Positions 15,895-19,546 of a stretch of DNA of 19,546 bases are shown piece after piece. The stretch spans positions 32,274 to 51,819 of the forward strand of contig RQSC01000034.1 of the NCBI GenBank assembly GCA_013416795.1, read 5' to 3'. A program made the position numbers and the translations under genes. The notes under the pieces were generated by a model, which saw only the letters and a list, made by a program, of their open reading frames with translations, was not told where the DNA came from and ran no database searches. This DNA comes from Prasinococcaceae sp. CCMP 1430 (Eukaryota; Plantae; Prasinodermophyta). Positions within the stretch are counted from its first letter, which is position 1; every line of letters starts with the position of its first letter.

Positions 15895-18800
15895 TCATCT
15901 TCGAGCTGGCTGGGCCAATCTCTTGGCGGCCTTCTTGGCGAGAAACACCTCCATCATGCCGCCGCCCGAGCTGGCGACGTTCATTGCGGAAGCGCCACCA
16001 CTCTTGAAATTTTTGTTGTACGTCTCTTCGCGATTCATGGCCTCGTTGCGGATGTTGCGCGCCTCCGACATGAGGCCCTCATATTCCTCGTCCTTGGCCT
16101 TGATGGTCGCCTCAAGCGCGCGAATAGTCTCAACATCTTCTGCACGGCTCTCGCGCGCCTCGAAGCGCTCCGTCACATCCTCGAGCCGCGCTACCGTCTC
16201 GGCCTGAAGCTCATCAGCCTCCTTCTTCTCCGCCGCACGCTCAGAGCGCTCGAGCTCCAGCGCAGCTAAATGCTCCTGCTCAAGATGCGCACGAGCTGCC
16301 TCGGCCTCCGCGCGTATGGCTTGCGCTGAGAACTCGCGCTCCGAGGCCATGCGTTCAATCGTGTCCGACAGCTCGACAGTCTTGGCACCGAGGGCTGACC
16401 TCTCATCGTTCAGATCAGACGCGAGCTTCGCGACCTCGCTCTCCAGGTCTGAGATGTTCTTTGCACGCGCATCCGAGAGCTCCTGGAGCTCCTCGATGCG
16501 CTTGTCGCGCACTGCCTTCTCGGTCTCGGCTTTCTTGGTCGCGCTTCGCTCGCGGTCGTCAAACTCCTCACGCAGGGCGGCTTCTAGAGAATCGAGCGCC
16601 CGCCTGCGCTCGCCATCAAGTCGCTCCTCGAGCTTGGCGTTCGCCTCGGTCCACTCAGCCACGGTGGCTTTCACTTCCTCCCAGTGCGCGCGCTTGCACT
16701 CATCAACCTCCCTCGCGCGCTCGGTCCTCTCCTGGCTGAGATCGGCCTCACGTTTGAGCGCCGCCGCGGCGGAAGCTGCTTTCGTCTCATCGCGTAGCGT
16801 CTGCATTGCGTCGGCGTGAACCGCAGCGGCCTCCTCCGATCGGCGAGAGGCCTCATCGGCGGCAGCCGCCGCCTTCTCTGCAGCGTCGGCAATAATCTCA
16901 GCCTTTTCTGCCTCCTTCGTGTTAATCGCGGTCTTGAGCTCCTCAGCGTGCCGCTCCCGCTCAGCCTGGGCGTTCGACCGCTCCTCGTCTATTATGCCTT
17001 GCAACCGCTCACGCTCAGCATGAACCGCAGCCTGCAGGCTGTCACGCTGCTCATTGAGCGCGTCAGTGCGCTCCTTTTCGATCCTCATCATTGTCGACTC
17101 AAGCTCCAAGTTGTGCGCCTCCACCAACTCGGCTGTCAGCTCCTTGCCACGATCCTCAGCCCGCCTTGCCCACTCCTCGTCACAACGCCTGAGCTCTGCC
17201 GCCAGCGTTTCCTTGAAGCCCGCCTCGCGAGCATCCGCCTGCTTCTTATGTGTCTCGACATCCCTCTTCAGCGCCTCGACCCTCGCAGCGGCACCGACCA
17301 TTTCGGAGCGCGCAGTTGCGGCCTCTTCCCTCGCAGCCCTGGCCTCCGCTTTCGATCCGTTGATCTGATCCATGAGCACACTGACTTGGTCCTGCACAAG
17401 GCTGAGCTCGGCCTCGGCGCGCCTGCCGGCGCTTTCGAGCTCGGTCTCCACCTTGCGCGTCTCTTCGTTCGCGCGTGTGACCATGACGTCCTTGTCCGCG
17501 AGCTGCTGCATGAGCTCGGCGATCTCCATCTTGAGCTCGTTCCTAGCCTTGTTGTATTCTTCCGCGCGACCGATCAGCTTCTTCTCCACAGCACTCAACG
17601 CGCTGGCCAATTCCTCGTCCGCTTTCTTCTTCATGTCAGCCATGGTCGCACGTAGGTGCTCCTCGCGGTTTGCGAGGCGCGTGGCGGCCGCCTTCTTGTT
17701 CTCCTCCAATTGGACCTGGAAGTCACGCTCCGCCTGCTCGCGCCGTTTCTTGAAATCAGCCCTCATCTCCTCTGCGAGCTTAGTGTTTAGCCGTTTGACC
17801 TCGGAGTCCTTCGAAGCTTTTGCGCTCTCGAGCTCTCTGCGGAGTGCCTCATGCTCGGCCTCCAGCTCCTTGACGCGCTTCGCCGCGCGGTCCTTGTCTC
17901 CCTTCGAGCTGCCAAGCTCCTTCTTGAGCGCCGCCAGCTCGGCAGCATGCGCGTCCTTGGCAGACTTCAAATCCTTATTCGCCGCGCCCGCTGCCTTCTT
18001 GAGGGCAGCCTCAAGCTCCTGAGCAGCAGCCTTACTCCTTTGCTCCATCTCAATCTCAGCAGCCTTCGCTACGCCCGCCGCCTTCTCAAGCTCAACGATG
18101 AGGTCTGCTGAGCGTTCCGTTTCGCTCGAGAGCAGCGCCTCCGCGGCATGTGCCCGTGTCACAGCAGCCTCCAGCTCGCTCTTGTCCGCGCTCACAGCAC
18201 GCAGCTCCTTCAGTGCTGACACAGCCTGCGAAGCCTCGTCCTCTGCCGCTTCCGCGCGGCGGCAAGCGTCGGCAGCCTGGTCCTTTGACTCGGATGCTGC
18301 CGCATCAGCACGGGCGAGCGCCTCCTCCGCCGCTGCCGCCCGCCGCCTGGCCGAGTCGGCGTGTGCCCTGACATCCTCCAGCTCCTTGATGGCATTCGTC
18401 GCGCGCAACGCAGCGCCGTCGCTCTCTCGGCGCAGCTCCTCGAGCTCGCTCTTCGCCCGGGCAATCTCTGCACCCGCGCGCTGGGCCTCCTGGTTCGCCC
18501 TCTCCTCGGCATCTTTCAGGGACTCCACGCCAGCCAGGCGGGCCGAGCTGGCAGCCAGCTCGGCATCCTCGAGCGCCGCCTGCGCCTGGCGCAGCGCACC
18601 CGCAAGCCGCGCACTTTCTCTCGAGGCTTCGTCAGCTCGCCCCACATGCGTTGCCAGGTCGTCACAGCGCGCCTTCATCGCGTCAAGCTCGGCGCGCAGG
18701 TCGTCCTCGGCGTTGAGCCTCTGCTCGAGCATGCTATTGTACTTCGAGTTGTGTTCTTTGACCACGCTGGCCACCTCATTCTGGTACCTCTCTGCTTGCT

Positions 18801-19502
18801 TTGCCATCGCCGCCTTGGTCTCTGCCAGGTCCGCCTGTGCGGCCTCCAGCTCGGCCTTGGACGCGCTGCTGCCATGCTTCAGCTTGCCCTCGAAGTCCTT
18901 GAGGCGCTTCGCGAACTCCTCCTTCGCAGCCTCGATGTCGTCTGCGGCCGAGGTCAGGCGGCTCTCGTAGTGTTTGACCAGCGCGGTCTCCCGCTCTTCG
19001 CAGCGCGCCTTTGCGGCCTCGGCGTCTGCCTCCAGCTCCCTCTTCGCTTTCTCGAAGCGCTCGCTGAGCTCCTTGACAGCATCGGCTGCTCGGCCGCTCA
19101 CACGCTCGCGCTCAAGCGCCGTTTTGAAGCGCGCGATGCGCCCAGCCGCGTCTGACATGATGGCGTCAATCTCACCCTCGTACGCATCCGCGACATCAGC
19201 GAGCGCGAGGTCGTGATCTTCACCCTTCGAGTTGAGGTGGTAAATGACTGCGGGAGGCGTGGCAGGCGTGGTCAGCGCGAGCGCCAGGCCACCGTGCGTG
19301 CGCGTGTGCGCAGCGGCTTCCACACGAGCGCGCCCGCGCGCAACCACGCGCCCGCGCCCCTCGCACCCTTTGTCAGCTGCGCGATCTTGCGCGACATCTT
19401 CGCGTGCAGCTCCGAGAACGCTGCAGGCACCGCGCCCCCGCCTCCATCGCCCGCGCCCCTGCCGCCGCCCCCGCGCGGGTCGGCGCCATTGGCGAGCGCC
19501 AT
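15895..19502 (-). CDS. FAM184: FAM184-family long coiled-coil protein, 1162 aa, 2 exons
   Basis: Exons 19502-19367 and 19247-15895 (intron GTGCGA..CAG, 119 nt) join MSRKIAQLTK|VIYHLNSKGEDHD, the FAM184 N-terminal signature; about 1000 aa of Glu/Ala/Lys/Arg heptad sequence; C-terminal MNREETYNKNF motif. Confidence 0.85.
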
Positions 19503-19546
19503 ACGCGCACCCCTTCCCCGCTCGCCCGCTCGCCAGCGCGGGAGCG

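Noticed and set aside
16316-19216. Ser/Leu-rich + strand ORFs opposite the coiled-coil gene
   Set aside because: Typical antisense frames of Glu/Ala/Lys-rich coding sequence.
2117-19366. Introner-type repeated introns
   Set aside because: The ten introns share only splice signals and low-complexity GC/CA runs; no extended mutual similarity or terminal repeats were seen.

Overview
Gene-dense, GC-rich eukaryotic nuclear DNA with short GT-AG introns and one 100-N scaffold gap (1491-1590). It is not prokaryotic: I found no rRNA, tRNA, CRISPR array or transposase. A nuclear ycf20-like gene, SCI1-, SAL1- and PLR1-like genes, AAACCCTAA telobox motifs and strong CTRAC branch sites suggest a green alga of prasinophyte grade (inference only). 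Ten genes are supportable, in order: partial RMDN/FAM82-like TPR protein (-), aldo-keto reductase (+), Ycf20/DUF565-like (+), D-2-hydroxyglutarate dehydrogenase (+), a small 3-exon membrane protein weakly resembling V-ATPase assembly factor Pkr1 (-), GT61-like glycosyltransferase (+), a SAL1/HAL2-type PAP phosphatase fused to a GmhB-like HAD phosphatase (-), MRG/EAF3 (+), SCI1-like RD-rich nuclear protein (+) and FAM184-like coiled-coil protein (-). The best candidate for a new system is the two-superfamily phosphatase fusion, hidden in the ORF track by an intron that splits HAD motif I (DRDG|TIN); it lies tail-to-tail, 26 bp from an atypical GT61 gene. All family assignments come from motifs recognised by eye, with no database search. 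Several 5' ends are unresolved.
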